Source: Octopus vulgaris
Taxonomy: Eukaryota
NCBI GenBank assembly: GCA_951406725.2
Contig: OX597824.1
Span: 2,356,001-2,420,000 of the forward strand
Length of the DNA stretch: 64,000 nt
Reading direction: 5' to 3'
Position 1 is the stretch's first letter; every line of letters begins with the position of its first letter. The position numbers and the translations under genes were made by a program. This document shows positions 1 through 12,968 of this stretch, piece after piece. Under the pieces are notes generated by a model that was given only the letters and a program-made list of their open reading frames with translations, did not search any database and was not told where the DNA came from.

Positions 1-39
1 AGTTGTCTGTGTCGCTTAAATTGCAAGTAACTATTAGTA

Positions 40-235
40 CTTCAGAAGAATACATACTGTATATAATAAGCAACATATCGAAACTGCAGAGAAGATCCGG
101 AACTCGACTGAAGATGGAACACTCCGAATGACCCGTCCTTGTTTTTAGTTTTTGTCCATTTTTGTATCGTCTGTCTGGATGTTTTGTTGTTGCCTGTTGC
201 GGCCTTGTTCCATTTTTGTATTCTCTTTTTTTATA
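40..235 (+). mobile_element. Penelope pLTR-like non-coding repeat with degenerate tandem hammerhead motifs
   Basis: CAGAAGA...CGAAACTGCAG (43-89), then CTGAAGA-TGGA-ACAC-TCC-GAA (108-128), followed by a T-rich tail running into (TA)n. The layout matches 27445-27745. Confidence 0.4.
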
Positions 236-252
236 CAAACACACACACATAT

Positions 253-440
<188 letters not shown>

Positions 441-475
441 ACACACATAAATATTCAGTTATGGATATATGTATG

Positions 476-551
476 CAGGTGGTGCTATTAAGTTAGACAT
501 GGCCTGGACCAATCTCTGGTCGAAACATATCTAAGTTTTATCTAAGTTTTA
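476..551 (+). mobile_element. 3' terminal fragment of the CR1-group LINE also found at 20900-22013
   Basis: CAGGTGGTGCTATTAAGTTAGACATGGCCTGG is identical to 21941-21972; followed by a stem-loop, GAAAC and a short tandem tail (TATCTAAGTTT)x2. Confidence 0.85.
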
Positions 552-1625
552 TATATATATATAAAATATTACTTTATAAAAATAGGGTAAAGTAAAATAA
601 TTAATTTACCACACACCGAGCTACATATATACATATATACATAGATACATATATACATAGATACATATATACATAGACATGCATTTGTGAGTGTGTGCGT
701 GCGTGTGTAATATTCAGCTATATTTTTTATATATCTCCATACGTAGGTCAATGAGACGGAATATTTATTTTTATTAATGTGAAATATATTTGTGTCTTTC
801 CGCATTGGTGAACCCTATACTAGCGTTATGCATAAATTAATGTACTTTGTTTTTACTCTGTATTTATGTAGGTATGTGCATAGTCACATGGCCTTTTCAA
901 AAGATCCATACGCAGGTATATGTATATAGTTGTGTGTGTGTGTGTATTTACATATATACATTTATATACACTTGCACTTAAACATTCATACATATACACA
1001 CGTGAACCCCCACACGTACATGTATATATATATATGCATGCATTATGTATATTTAAAAGCGTGTGTATATATCTGAGTAGGAGCTACTGTATTTTTGCGT
1101 AAATATTTTTATATAACTATATTAAAAGAAATAAAATATAATGTATACACAATTTCAGCTCCGTCGGGAAGAAACCTTTGAAGGATCTTTCTGAAGAAAG
1201 CATCGCATCTCTTCTTCTCGTTATGGTTGGTAAAAGCTGAGATAGGAATAAATGAACCGATATCACACCGGCCATATAAATGTATCGTTGTAGTTCATAT
1301 CACTTGATCGATTCCACTTTCAGCACATCCCAGCCTTTCATTGAAACTTCTTAACAACCCAGCCTAAACCTGCTTACACTCCCTATACTTTAATGGTCTG
1401 TTCTCATCGTATTACTCTAGGATAATATTTTCTATGGAAACATCTACGTAAAGCAGATTTAATCTTCAGGGAACGGCCTTGTTCGTGTTTCATATATTAT
1501 TAAAGTAAAATAATTTTTTTTAGGATTTCCTTTTCATATTTACTTTAATTAACACCCATTCTTTCTTTTATACACTCATATACACTTTTATACACTTTAT
1601 ATACACTCATTCTTTCTTTTATTCT

Positions 1626-2004
1626 CTTACTTGTTTCAATCATTTCACTGCGGCCATGCTGGGGGCACCACCTTTTGTCAGACTGCCGGACTTATTCTTT
1701 GTAAGCCTATTACTTATTCTATCGGTCTATTTTGCCGAACCGCTAAGTTACGGGGACGTAAGCATACTAAAGTCTGTTGTCAAGCGATGGTGGGGAGACA
1801 AACATATACACACACGCACACACACACATACACATATACACATATACGACGGACTTGTTTTAGTTCCCGTCTGCCAAATCCACTCACAAGGCCTTGGCCG
1901 GCCCAATGCTATAGTAGAAGGTACTTGCCCAAGGTGCCATGCAGTGGGACTGAACCTGGAACCATGTAGTTGGGAAGCATGCTTCTTACCACACAGCCAC
2001 TCTT
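1626..2004 (-). mobile_element. tRNA-derived SINE family A (CORE-like)
   Basis: Minus strand has box A-like TGGCTGTGTGG, box B-like GGTTCAGTCCC and CORE-like CCTTGGGCAAGT; internal CA tract; homologous to 10188-10577 and 14787-15228. Confidence 0.85.
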
Positions 2005-2367
2005 CCACTCTCTCTCTTTCTCTGTCGCCCTCTCTCTCTATATATATATGTGTATGTATATATGTACGTATGTATCTATCAATCTATCTATCTATCCTTA
2101 TCCACACCAATGTACAGTGATTCACATCTAGTGATGTAAACGTCCCACTCTCCCTCGGTGTATATATCAGAACACATTTAGGAACGTATTACGCTGGAAA
2201 GAAACTCCAGTTGTGTTTCAAGATGGAAAAGAAATAAATGATTCTTCAGCTTTAATTATATTTTCCCTCATTAGGAATAACATAATCTCATCCATTTGGC
2301 AAAGTATTGATCCCTCGAGTGTAATGTGTGTGAGTGTGAGAGTATATATATATATGTTAATTCTCCC

Positions 2368-2417
<50 letters not shown>

Positions 2418-2947
2418 AATGTATATACACATACAGATGCATGTATATGTGACGAGGTTTTGTTCGTTTCTGTGTCTGAGAAATAGAATTTAAATTGTTG
2501 AGGATATAAGAGGCAATAGTTCTCCATGATAAATGAATTGGGAACTGAAGAAAGCTTGTATCGATTTGTTTCGGTAACCTGAAGAATCAGTAAGTACATT
2601 TAAGTTTAAGACAGTATGTATTAAAACCCATTGATAACTTGATAGCCTACGGTGAGTTTAAATTATAAAAGTACGCTTTATTACATGCACTCAGACACAC
2701 GCACGCACGCTTGAAGCCACACACACACACACACACATGCTCATATATTCAGACACAAGTTCATACTCGTTTATACACCCATATATATATATATATGTAT
2801 ATGTGTGTGTATCTATATACATATATATATACATACATACATATATATATACGCACATACACTCACATGCACATACATATATAGGTATATGTATTCATGT
2901 GTATATACATTCACATATACCATCGTTTGCATATACATATATATATG

Positions 2948-3042
<95 letters not shown>

Positions 3043-3980
3043 CGTATATATATTTACATATCCACATACACATATGTATTTCTTGTGTGTGTATACGTAT
3101 GTGTGTATGTATCTACGTATATATATATGTGTGCATGCGAAATTAGAGTTAATCAAATAAGTTTACATGGATGAACAGCTTCAAATTTGAATTGTTTTGA
3201 ATGCTGAATCTAAATGGAGACAATATGGTGAGGCGTTGATATTGCAGTGTGTTTGCTGTAATATGGCGATGATATGCATTTAGCGTGAAATGCGTTAACA
3301 GCACATCTGGAATAACTGTAGGGTAAAGAGAAACGAACAGCAAATGAACAGTACACTAAATGAACACTATTGACAAATCAATCAAAATTGTGTGTGGTGG
3401 ATGTATATAAAAGTATCAACAGACTCCCATACTTTGTTTTGGCAACTATAGATGGTATTATATTTTTTAATCAATAATATCGAAGAGATCTCTTCGTACA
3501 AAGTATTCGAACTTAATCAAGCTAAAAGTTGCCCAGCTTTTATTGTTGATAGCACCATACTGGACAAAGCTTCGATTCTCTTTTCTCGCAAATTCTTATT
3601 TGGCAGACGTTCTAATATGGCTTCTGTTGGAGTTCATTATTGAATGTCAGTGTTATGCTGAAATCGTCTTTATATGCTTCGCTACACAAATGTATTGCTG
3701 GCAAGAATTCATTATATGATAGCTGAAGTATAATTCCATGTGACAGAAATACAGCTCTGATACATGTCGAAAGCAACTCTAACGTATCACAAATTTCTCC
3801 AATTCAACAAAGGATACAGATCGTCTTTCGCTTTCTTTTCTACCAGTTTACTCAGCGATGCCTAATTAACAAAGTCTCCGAGTTTTGTACTTGATGGTAT
3901 TCTTCAAATTATCACACTGTCATTTCTTTCTCTCGCTGCCTTTCTTCTCTTATCACTCTTTTCTTGAATATAAATCTATC

Positions 3981-4020
<40 letters not shown>

Positions 4021-4204
4021 ATTCTCTCAGTCTCTTCCCATCTCTTTTTCTCCGTCTCTCCCTCTCTCTTTCTCTTTCTTCACTTCCCGCTTTCCATTTT
4101 CTTTCAGTCATTCAATCGTTACACAACACTCCCTCTTACTCTATCTAATTTATCTATCTATCTATTTGTGTGAGTGTGTGCCTAGGCATGTGTGGATGTA
4201 TATG

Positions 4205-4230
4205 TATAGACAGACAAGTAGATAGACAGG

Positions 4231-4264
<34 letters not shown>

Positions 4265-4265
4265 T

Positions 4266-4321
<56 letters not shown>

Positions 4322-4325
4322 AGAG
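4205..4325. repeat. (TAGA)n microsatellite
   Basis: Visible tetranucleotide array. Confidence 0.95.
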
Positions 4326-4619
4326 AGAGAGGCCAATTGGCCTACTCTTGCATGTATGTTTAAAGTTATATAATAAAATACTAAATATTAATATAAACTT
4401 ATGTTCTTCATTCACTGTTATTATTGCTTAGGCAGCATTTAGGCGAGTTCATGCAAGCGAAACTCATATAATTTTTAGATCTAGAACGTTTGTAAAAGAT
4501 ATTTCCTGTTAGAAGATTTAGTTAAATGGGTAAGGATATTTTCTTTATTCTTGAAGAGCTTCATGACTTTTTTCAGATGTTGTAGCAGAAGACGCGGAAG
4601 TTATCTCCAGTCTGTATTC

Positions 4620-5460
4620 AAATACTTGAAATATAACAGTTACCTCTAATGGCTTCCATCCAAATACACATTAAACTTGGTTTGTTTAAGAATTTTGTTA
4701 AGGCCATAAATGAAGACGGTAAAGGATTCAAATATCTCAGTGAAATATTTGTTTCTCGCAAGAGTGAAGCTGAGATCAAAGCTCGTGTTGTTAATGGATC
4801 CAAAATGTGTGATGCGCTTTTTCAAGAAAAATTAAGCCCAGTAGAGAAACCTGCTTCGCAAAAGTTTGTCTTTCTTGTAAAAAGAAATATTTGGAAATGA
4901 AAAATCATCTACTTTGCAATTATGAATGAGTCTTTGAAAGCAACTTGGGTCAAGAATGTCTCTAAAACTTCATTTTCCCCCCACTCTCAGCTTCATTTTT
5001 TTCCACCCAATATGGGTGATGTAAGCAATGAGCATAGTGAACAATTTCATCAAGAAATAAAAGAGCTAGAAAGCTGCTACAGTGGCAGACTTACACCAGA
5101 CATGCTGATGGACTACTGCTGGTATTTAAAATGAGAAACGGACGTGCAACAGAAACGTAAAAGGAGACGCCAAAGCTTTTAAAAAAAACATAAAATAAAT
5201 AATATTCACTTTACACTTTTGTTTTGTGTTTTATTGGTTTTAGAGCTACTCGTCCCCCAAATTGTTCTTATACCAGATAAAGGTAATTTACGCTTAACAT
5301 AACATTCATATTTGTCGTGAATTTTCAAATTATTGTAATTTCGATAGTATAATAATGATAGCGCAAAAACGTGACGTGCTAGAAGGAAAATGATTGCAGA
5401 TTCCCAAATTACCTATGAGCATATTTTGTCTAATAGTGGTAAAAAATGTGGTTACCTAGT
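4620..5460 (+). mobile_element. Chapaev3-like (CMC superfamily) DNA transposon, degenerate 3' part
   Basis: Frameshifted motifs HIKLGLFKNFVKA, GFKYLSEIF, SEAEIKA, HSQLHFFPPNMGDVSNEHSEQFHQEI and MLMDYCWYLK; 3' end resembles GTTACCCAGTG (GTTACCTAGT at 5451-5460). Confidence 0.7.
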
Positions 5461-5591
5461 AAATTCATTCGATATAGTAAAATATATCCCAGTCTAGTAC
5501 TTCAATAGTAACTGCCTGTTTACAGGGTGTCCCAGGAAAAACTTATCCAGGTTTAAACGCTTCCTAAAGAATATCGGTTCAGATAATACTA

Positions 5592-6856
5592 CGATGGACG
5601 TTTAATAAGTAATGCCTCTGACCCACTTGCAGTTGTTTGATCTAGCTGAAATGTGCAATCATTTATATCTCTATAGAGTAGGTGGCAAATTACAGCTCTG
5701 AATTAATTGTGGTTTCTGATTTACAGGTGTTTGAACCGAGTCAAGTGTGAAATGGAGCCTGTTGAATGTCGAGCAGTGATCCGGTTTTTGTATTTGAAAG
5801 GACGCACACCACGGGAGACTTTTGATGAAATGAAAGTAACTTATGGTGATGATGCCCCATCATATGACCTTGTAAAACGCTGGCATCGTGAATTCAAACA
5901 TGGTCAGAACTCTGTAGAAACAGCTCCCAGATCTGGTCGCCCCCTTCTGCCATTGATGAGGCATCTGTCCGTCAAGTTGAGGCTGCCATTTTGGAAGATC
6001 GACGCATAATTATTCGCCAAATAGCCCATGAGGTCAAGATTAGTACCGGGTCTGTGGAAACTATCCTTCATGACCATTTGCATATGCAAAAGGTGTCTGC
6101 CAGATGGATTCCCAGGTTGCTCACGCCTTTCCAGAAGCAAGAACGCGTCGAGTGCTCGAGGGTGAATTTGGAGATGTGCCAAGAAGATGAGTCAAAATTT
6201 TTCAAAAGACTGATTACACAGGATGAAACCTGGGTCCATCACGATGATCCAGAGACCAAAGCCCAGTCAATGCAGTGGAAGCACCGTGACTCACCCCTCC
6301 AAAGAAGTCAAGGGTGCAGCCCTCCACTGGCAAGGTCATGCTCACAGTCTTCTGGGACCAGGACGGAGTAGTGATGACAGATTTCCTGGCAAAGGGTACC
6401 ACAATTGCAGGAGCCTATTATGCTTCACTTTTGAGGAAATTAAGAGAAGTTATCAAAATCAAGAGGCGGGGCAAGATCAGCAAAGGCATCTACCTCCTGC
6501 AAGACAACGCTCCGGTCCACAACTCGCTTGTCGCCAGATCAGAAGCACAGACGTATGGCTATGAACTCCTCCCCATCTCCCCTACTTTTCTGACCTTGCA
6601 CCCTCTGGTTTTCACCTCTTCCCAATCATGAAGCGTTTCCCAGATGATGGAGCCTTGATTTCTGAAGTCACGTTGAGGTTGGAGGACCAAGCTGGGTTCT
6701 TCTACAAAAACGGTCTCCAGAGCCGCATCAAACGATGGGAGAAATGCGTAACTCTGGGTGGTTCCTATGTAGAAAAAGACTAATAACTGTGCCAAGTTTC
6801 GTTGCTCTACTGCTATGGGAAGTGGGTCAGGGGCATTACTTATTGAACGCCCCTCG
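5592..6856 (+). mobile_element. Full-length mariner (DD34D, irritans-like) element, 1265 bp
   Basis: 37-bp TIRs CGA(T/G)GG(A/G)CGTT(T/C)AATAAGTAATGCC(T/C)CTGACCCACTT with 4 mismatches; TA TSDs at 5590-91 and 6857-58. Confidence 0.92.
5752..6783 (+). pseudogene. mariner transposase, frameshifted
   Basis: MEPVECRAVIRFL HTH start, RSGRP, WIPRLL (WVPHEL motif), ITQDETW, LLQDNAPVH, degenerate PDLAPS-FHLFP and YVEKD*; spread over several frames. Confidence 0.9.
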
Positions 6857-6942
6857 TATCTACGTTTTACATAAGGATTTGCATATGTCCTTTGTTCTTC
6901 TGTCTACCGTTACGTGTGTCTAGAACAAGGCTGTAAACAAGC

Positions 6943-7863
6943 ATGGCGTCGAAAGCAAAATCTGAAGTCATTGCCGCTTTGAAAACAGCTGGAGTGAGCG
7001 ACAAGAACATAAAATAGTTGAATGTGTGCCATAAAACATATGGACATCGCTACTAGCTCTAGCAAGCCAATTCCTGGTAGGAAACGATCAGTTCGTGCCA
7101 AACAAACTGTTGAAGCCGTTAAGAAGCGAATGAGCCGAAATCCTCACAGAACAAGAAAAACTGCAAAAGCTCTTGATATTTTGAAATTGTCAATATACAG
7201 GATTTGTAAAATGTGTTAAAAGCTAACTGCACACAAGAAACAATTCGGCAGTTAATTTTAGCAGCTTCCAAGGAGAAACAGCTCGACAGGGGTAAAACCA
7301 TATTAGCCGAGATGAAGCGTGTTATTAACAGAATGTTGATCTGGTCCGACGAATAACCGGCTTTATGTACGTAATGCAGGAATCATTTACTCCGTTAGAA
7401 GCTAGCTTCACCCATAGTGTGGGCTGTAGTTGCACTTGATGGGTCCAAGTCTCCCTTGATCTTTATCGATGCTGGTATCAAGTTCAACAGTGATGTTTAT
7501 GTTGAAATCTTGGATGGGAGAGTGTAACCCCAGGTCACAGAAAACTTTACATTTTCTCTAAAGATGGGTCACCGGCTCACTCATCCAATTTGACACAGAA
7601 TTGGGACAAAGGGCATTTCATTGATTTTGGGACAATACGATATGGCCTCCCTCATGTCCATCAATCCCATGGACTTGGCTATCTGGTCCAGTTTAGAGAG
7701 TAACGTTTCCGCTCATTCCTATTCAAATGTGTCAAATCTGAAGGAAGTCTTTCTGTCTTCGTTGGTCAAGTTGGGTGAAGAGGTGGTACGGTGCTCATGC
7801 CACTCAGTGACCGCTGGTTTGCAGGTTATGATCAAGGCGAAAGGGGTGCCTTTTGAAATGTAA
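6943..7863 (+). pseudogene. DD37D/maT transposase, degraded
   Basis: MASKAKSEVIAALKTAG..., PGRKRSVR, IWSDE, VWAVVALDGSKSPLIFID, DGSPAH and NPMDLAIWSSLE, with stops and frameshifts. Confidence 0.8.
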
Positions 7864-9770
7864 TTACTGCAATGGGTTAACAATTTACATTAGAACGTGT
7901 GTAACATATTTCATTTTCCTACCTAAAGTCTATTTTGTATAATGAATATGAATGGTTAAATCTTTCTAGGTCACCCTGTAATGTATTATCAGTAACTTAC
8001 TACAAATCTAATTCTTACATTTTCTCATATCTTGCTCCCTATACACTCAGCTCCAACTACATCTCATATTGAATCTACACCTAACGGCTGCTTCCACTTA
8101 CATCTTGTTGTATTCTGGGAACGTTTCTTGATAAATAAATTAAACACATTACTTATAGAGGTACGTCCTTTCTTTCGCAACCCGAATCTAATCTCCATCT
8201 AATGATTGCTTTAGCACATACTCGATCCTCTACACAGAGAACACAATTTTAATTCAGCTCTCATCTTAAAGACTTTTACATTCTTTTTCAGAAACCTTTA
8301 TCTCCTACTTATAGAAACCAGCACATACAATAAGAAGCTACTTTCCCTTACGTTCCATCACATACTCGCTTAGAACAGTAAATCAATTTGTTCATTACTA
8401 GCACAAAGCTTGATAACTTTACCAGCACTCATCTCACTTCTGCGTATTGTTATCCAAAACGTACATTCTGATATACGACGTATACTTATCAGCTGATATT
8501 ATTTGTCATAATATATGAAAAATAATATCAGTGTTCTCTCCACAATATTACAACAATGGAAAACACTCGACTTAGTCCACTGTTACAATGGCTGTTGTCT
8601 TCTTACTTCATATCAGCTCACTTCACTGTTCTCGTCTTTCTAATATCTCAGGTAAACGGGATTGTCACGTCAAATAGATTTCGTTCACTAGAGGCAAAGT
8701 GTCATATCAGATATACAGGCACACACACATATATATACTTACATACATACACACATACATACATACACACAAACAAACACACAAACACAGACAGACAGTC
8801 ACACACAAACACACAGACAGACACTCACTCACACAAACACACACACGCACACAAACAGAAACACACACATATTCACACACACACACACATAATGTCTCAT
8901 TTCAATTAATACATCTCGAGACACACACAAAAAGCGAGTATTATTATTAACAGCAGGTAAATACTGTATTGAAAAACCCTTTTCGGATCGATATTTTTAT
9001 CTAGAAGAGGTTTTCAACCCGATATTAGTAGCTTTATGCGTATTCCTCGACAGAAACTATTCCTCATGAAAGTTGTTCACGTTTTTCCGAAAGTTTCTTA
9101 CGACCTCAACTATGGGCGCTCGTGCATGAGTACGTGTATGTGTGTGCGTGTGTGTGGTTGTGTGTCCGTGAGGCAGAGAGAGGGAGAGAGACAGTGTTTA
9201 TGTGTGTTAATCTATGTGTATTTCATCATGAAACACACTGAAAACGTAGCACATTATATAAATACAACTTACGACAAATTTCGTTGGATTTATGTTGGAG
9301 AAACATTGGCTTTCATATTTAGAAGCAGAAGAACTTTAGCTTTCAAAAAGCTGATTTAAGTTTACGAACGGTCAAGTGTAAGCAGAACTAACGAAGAGCT
9401 CAGATATTTATTGTGAAATTGTTAACAAATGCACAAACCACGATGACCATATTTATATAAAAAAAAACACATGTAACTGAAACACATAACTTTGCTGACT
9501 GAATTGGATATTCGAAAAGGCTGTGTTGCACTCGGCCTCGTTCGTAGCGTTACTCAAACAAAATCTGATCCTCCTCCAATATTGTAGGACAATACCAAGT
9601 CGACCTCACAACTCTAAACTTTTTAAATTATTAAGATCGATATTTGAGTTTGCTCAACAAAATGTAGCATGTGAAATTCTATTGTTCTGTCCTGATTGCA
9701 TCCAGTGACAAATTAATTGTACATCTGCGTGTTTAATATATTTGATTTCTTTTTCTACTATCCGTGGAAC

Positions 9771-9941
9771 AAGCTGCCAGACGAGATGGTGAAGATGCTG
9801 ACGACCGCTTTGTTCAAAGCCTCCCTGGACCTCAAGTGGCCTGAACTCTTTACATGAACACCACCCTGTACTTAACTCCATGTCCCCCTACATGGCCTTG
9901 CTATTTGCTTTTGAACCAAATTAACTAACTAACTAACTAAC
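9771..9941 (+). mobile_element. CR1-type LINE 3' end fragment
   Basis: PWNKLPDEMVKMLTTALFKASLDLKWPELFT* resembles the CR1 ORF2 C-terminus (WN.LP..VV....FK..LD); short 3'UTR and (TAAC)n tail. Confidence 0.75.
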
Positions 9942-10187
9942 ATCAAGTACGTTGATAACAATTCCTTGGGGCCGTCGTAAAACCCTCCCATGCTCTAAAG
10001 AGGTGGGAACATTGTCTTATTGTAATTCATGCTTCATTGGTATTTTTGGTTAGCATTATGGTTTCTACTAAAAGCAACGGTAGTTTCTATTAAAGCCTTT
10101 ACCAAGGATGGTGAAACTGAAGTTTTTCGCTGCACTCTAAACTAAAAATTTATATTTACGTCCATATTCTTGTATTATCATTAATCT

Positions 10188-10577
10188 TTAACTGGTTTCA
10201 GTCATTAGACTGCGACCATGCTGGGGCACCATCCCGAAGAAATTTAGTCGAATGAATCGACCCCGGGACTTAATATTTGGGGGGGTAATTCTAGCACTTA
10301 TTCTATCGTTAGATGTTTGCCGAACCGCTAAGTTATGGGGACATAAAAACACCAACACCGGTTGTTCGAGCGGTGGAGGGAACAAATATACACACACATA
10401 TACACACGCACACATACGACGGTCTGCAAGTTTCCGTCCACTAAATTCAAACATATGGCTTTAGTCAGTCCAGATTTATCGTAGAAGACACTTGTGCAAG
10501 GCAGCACGGAGTGGGGCTGAACCTGGAATCATGTGGTTAGGAAATAAACTCCTTACCACGCAGCCAAACCTGCGCCT
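10188..10577 (-). mobile_element. tRNA-derived SINE family A
   Basis: Homologous along its length to 14787-15228; head AGGCGCAGG...GTGGTAAG on the minus strand. Confidence 0.8.
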
Positions 10578-10829
10578 CTAGCAACTTCTCAATAATCTAT
10601 AGAACAATATTTGTCTTAAGTTACACATGTTTGCAATGACCGATACTAATCAACGTGAAAGACTAATTTCTTAAGAGAAATGGCGCGATATCCACTGCGC
10701 GTTATTTATGCAATGTATAGACTGCGATCGTAGATGCCAGAGGCATTGACAAAATAATGGTTTTAAAATAGACTTTCATTGTCTTTGATAAGAAAATGGC
10801 AGTTGATGTTAGCTGAAATCTTCGCAATA

Positions 10830-12550
10830 CAGTCTGCTTAGGAGGTTATTGTGTCCTAGTATATGTGCTGCTTCTTCTAGTTTTCGTATTTTCCAGTGGT
10901 GTCTTTGTCTATTATTTTAACTTCATCCCACAAGGGGGAGGTGTTCTCCATTTTTCCATACGTGATCAGCTATACCCGATTTATAAATATCTCCTCGTGT
11001 CACAGCTTTGCGATGTTCGTCTACTCTTATTTTGAGGTGGTGGCATCTTTCGCTTTTGTATGACCTACCACAGCTGCTTGGGATGGAGTACACACAGTCT
11101 GTGGTCATATTCTCTGCTATTGGTGATTTTACTCGCAGGAGATATTTGTGAAGTGTTGTATTAATTTTGAATACTGTTCTGATATCATATGGACCACATA
11201 TCTTTTGTATCTTTTCGGAGAGGCCTTTCACATAGACAGTTTATCGGTTTCATCCTCTCTTTTCTTCATAATTGGAGAGGATCGTATGCTTTCGGGGTAG
11301 TTGTTGCTTAATATATTGTTACTGAGCTTGATCATTTCTTCGTGGTGTGTTTCACGATCGCTACTTATATTCTTTGCACGATGTTTTAGGCACTGAGCAA
11401 TCCCTCTCCTTACACTGTATGGATAGTAGGAGTTGAAGATGAGGTATTGTCCAGTGAAGGTCAGCTTGCAGTATACGGATGTCTTGAATCCATACTTGGT
11501 GCATGTTATTAATACGTCCAGGAATGCTAGCTGATTGTCTTTTTCCTTTTCCATTGTGAACTGTATGGATGGCTTTATTGAGTTCACATGATCTAACAGC
11601 ACTTGGACATCTTCCTGGTGGGGCCAGAGTATAAAGGTGTCATCAACATATCGCAGCCATGGGGTTTGTTTTAGTAGTGTTGATCGTAAAGCCAAATTCT
11701 CAAAGTATTCCATGTATATATTGGCTATTATCGTTGATAATGGCGAACCCATAGCTAAACCCTCTTCCTGTCGATATATATCAATGAACATACTGACGTG
11801 GGTAGTTTCTACACAGAGGGTCAACATTTCCATGAAGCTTCTTATTGGTATACTAATGCGTTCTTTTAGATGGGTGTCTGTCACTAGTTTTTCTTGAATC
11901 ACCGACAGTGCTTCATCAGTTAGGACTTTGGTGAACAGACTTATCACATCTAGACTCACCATTTGGTTGGATTCAATGGGGGTATCCTTGATCAATTTTG
12001 TGAAGTGGGTGGAATTCTTCGCGTACGATGAAGAATTCTTGCTAATGGACTGATTATATCCACAAGGAAGTGGCTCAATGGATGACATGCTGAACCTCTA
12101 CAGCTCACTATAAGTCTTAATGGAATACCATCCTTGTAAATCTTAGGGAGATCGTACTTGTGTGGTAGTTTTCTGTGGTGTTGAGTCAGTTGTCTGTACT
12201 TCATTGGTGTAAAGTGATCCTTGTTCTTGATCAAGACCTGTGACAACTTCCTCTCTTTTTTCAAAGTAGGGTCTTTCTTTACTTTATTGAAGCTACCATC
12301 ACTTATAAGACTTGCCAGTTTTTCCGAGATGTCAGACTTCTTCATCACCACTGTAGCATTCCCCTTGTCTGCTGGAAGTATTATGATGGAATTGTCACAC
12401 TGTAGTCTTTTGATAGAGACCTTTTCTTCCTTAGTGATGTTTGGATTGGGAAGTTTCGCTTTTTCTAGTACCTGTCTCACTTTCCACCTTAGTTCATCTC
12501 CCTGAGCTTTTGGTATCTTTATGGCTCTTCAATAAGGACTATTATGTCCA
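10830..12550 (-). mobile_element. Penelope-like element (RT + GIY-YIG endonuclease), 5'-truncated and frameshifted
   Basis: ILPADKGNATVVM, LPKIYKDGIPLRLIVS, MVSLDVISLFT, GLAMGSPLS, WLRYVDDTF and FLDVLI (PLE RT), then CVYSIPSSCGRSY..E..R..EH..SGIADH (GIY-YIG). Confidence 0.92.
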
Positions 12551-12696
12551 AGTATGGAATGCGCTTGATGAAGGCTGGATGGTTTATCAGCCGAAACGTT
12601 GTGTTAACAACAAACAAGATGAGGACAAATATCCATCAAATGTAAATAATGTAAATAATGTACATAATTCTTCATCTCTTAAATATAGAACTGTAT
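12550..12696 (+). mobile_element. Inverted pLTR segment with hammerhead-like motif abutting the Penelope 5' junction
   Basis: TTGATGA-A-GGCTG-loop-CAGCC-GAAAC-GTT at 12565-12600, on the strand opposite the ORF. Confidence 0.7.
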
Positions 12697-12968
12697 CGTG
12701 CGAGGCATATTTGAGGACATTTAATCATCAGTGTATTACTAGCTTGAAGCCAATTAAACAGAATGTCTTTTCATTCAGATCCCCCTCTCCCCTCTGGAAG
12801 ATAAATCACCAACACAAGAAAGGAAAATGCATGCGATTAATGATCCATATGTGAGCAACTCCATCATTAAAAAATTTCCAATTTGCAAAATGTTGCCAAA
12901 TCCTTTGTACATAATAATTGGAAGAAATCAAAAGCCTCTCGCGTGAATCTTTCAACTTTAAGGTAATA

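Larger units (their letters stand above)
5523..7978 (+). mobile_element. DD37D/maT-type Tc1/mariner element, split by a nested mariner
   Basis: Imperfect TIRs CAGGGTGTCCCAGGAAAAACTTATCCA and revcomp CAGGGTGACCTAGAAAGATTTAACCA, each flanked by TA (5521-22, 7979-80). Confidence 0.8.

Noticed and set aside
3481-3496. 16-bp perfect palindrome CGAAGAGATCTCTTCG and a nearby LCPV-like frame
   Set aside because: Isolated; no further recombinase or transposase motifs recoverable.
4413-5438. CACTGTTA / TAATAGTG as TIRs of the Chapaev-like element
   Set aside because: Only a 7/8-bp match with no matching TSD; the left boundary is left undefined.
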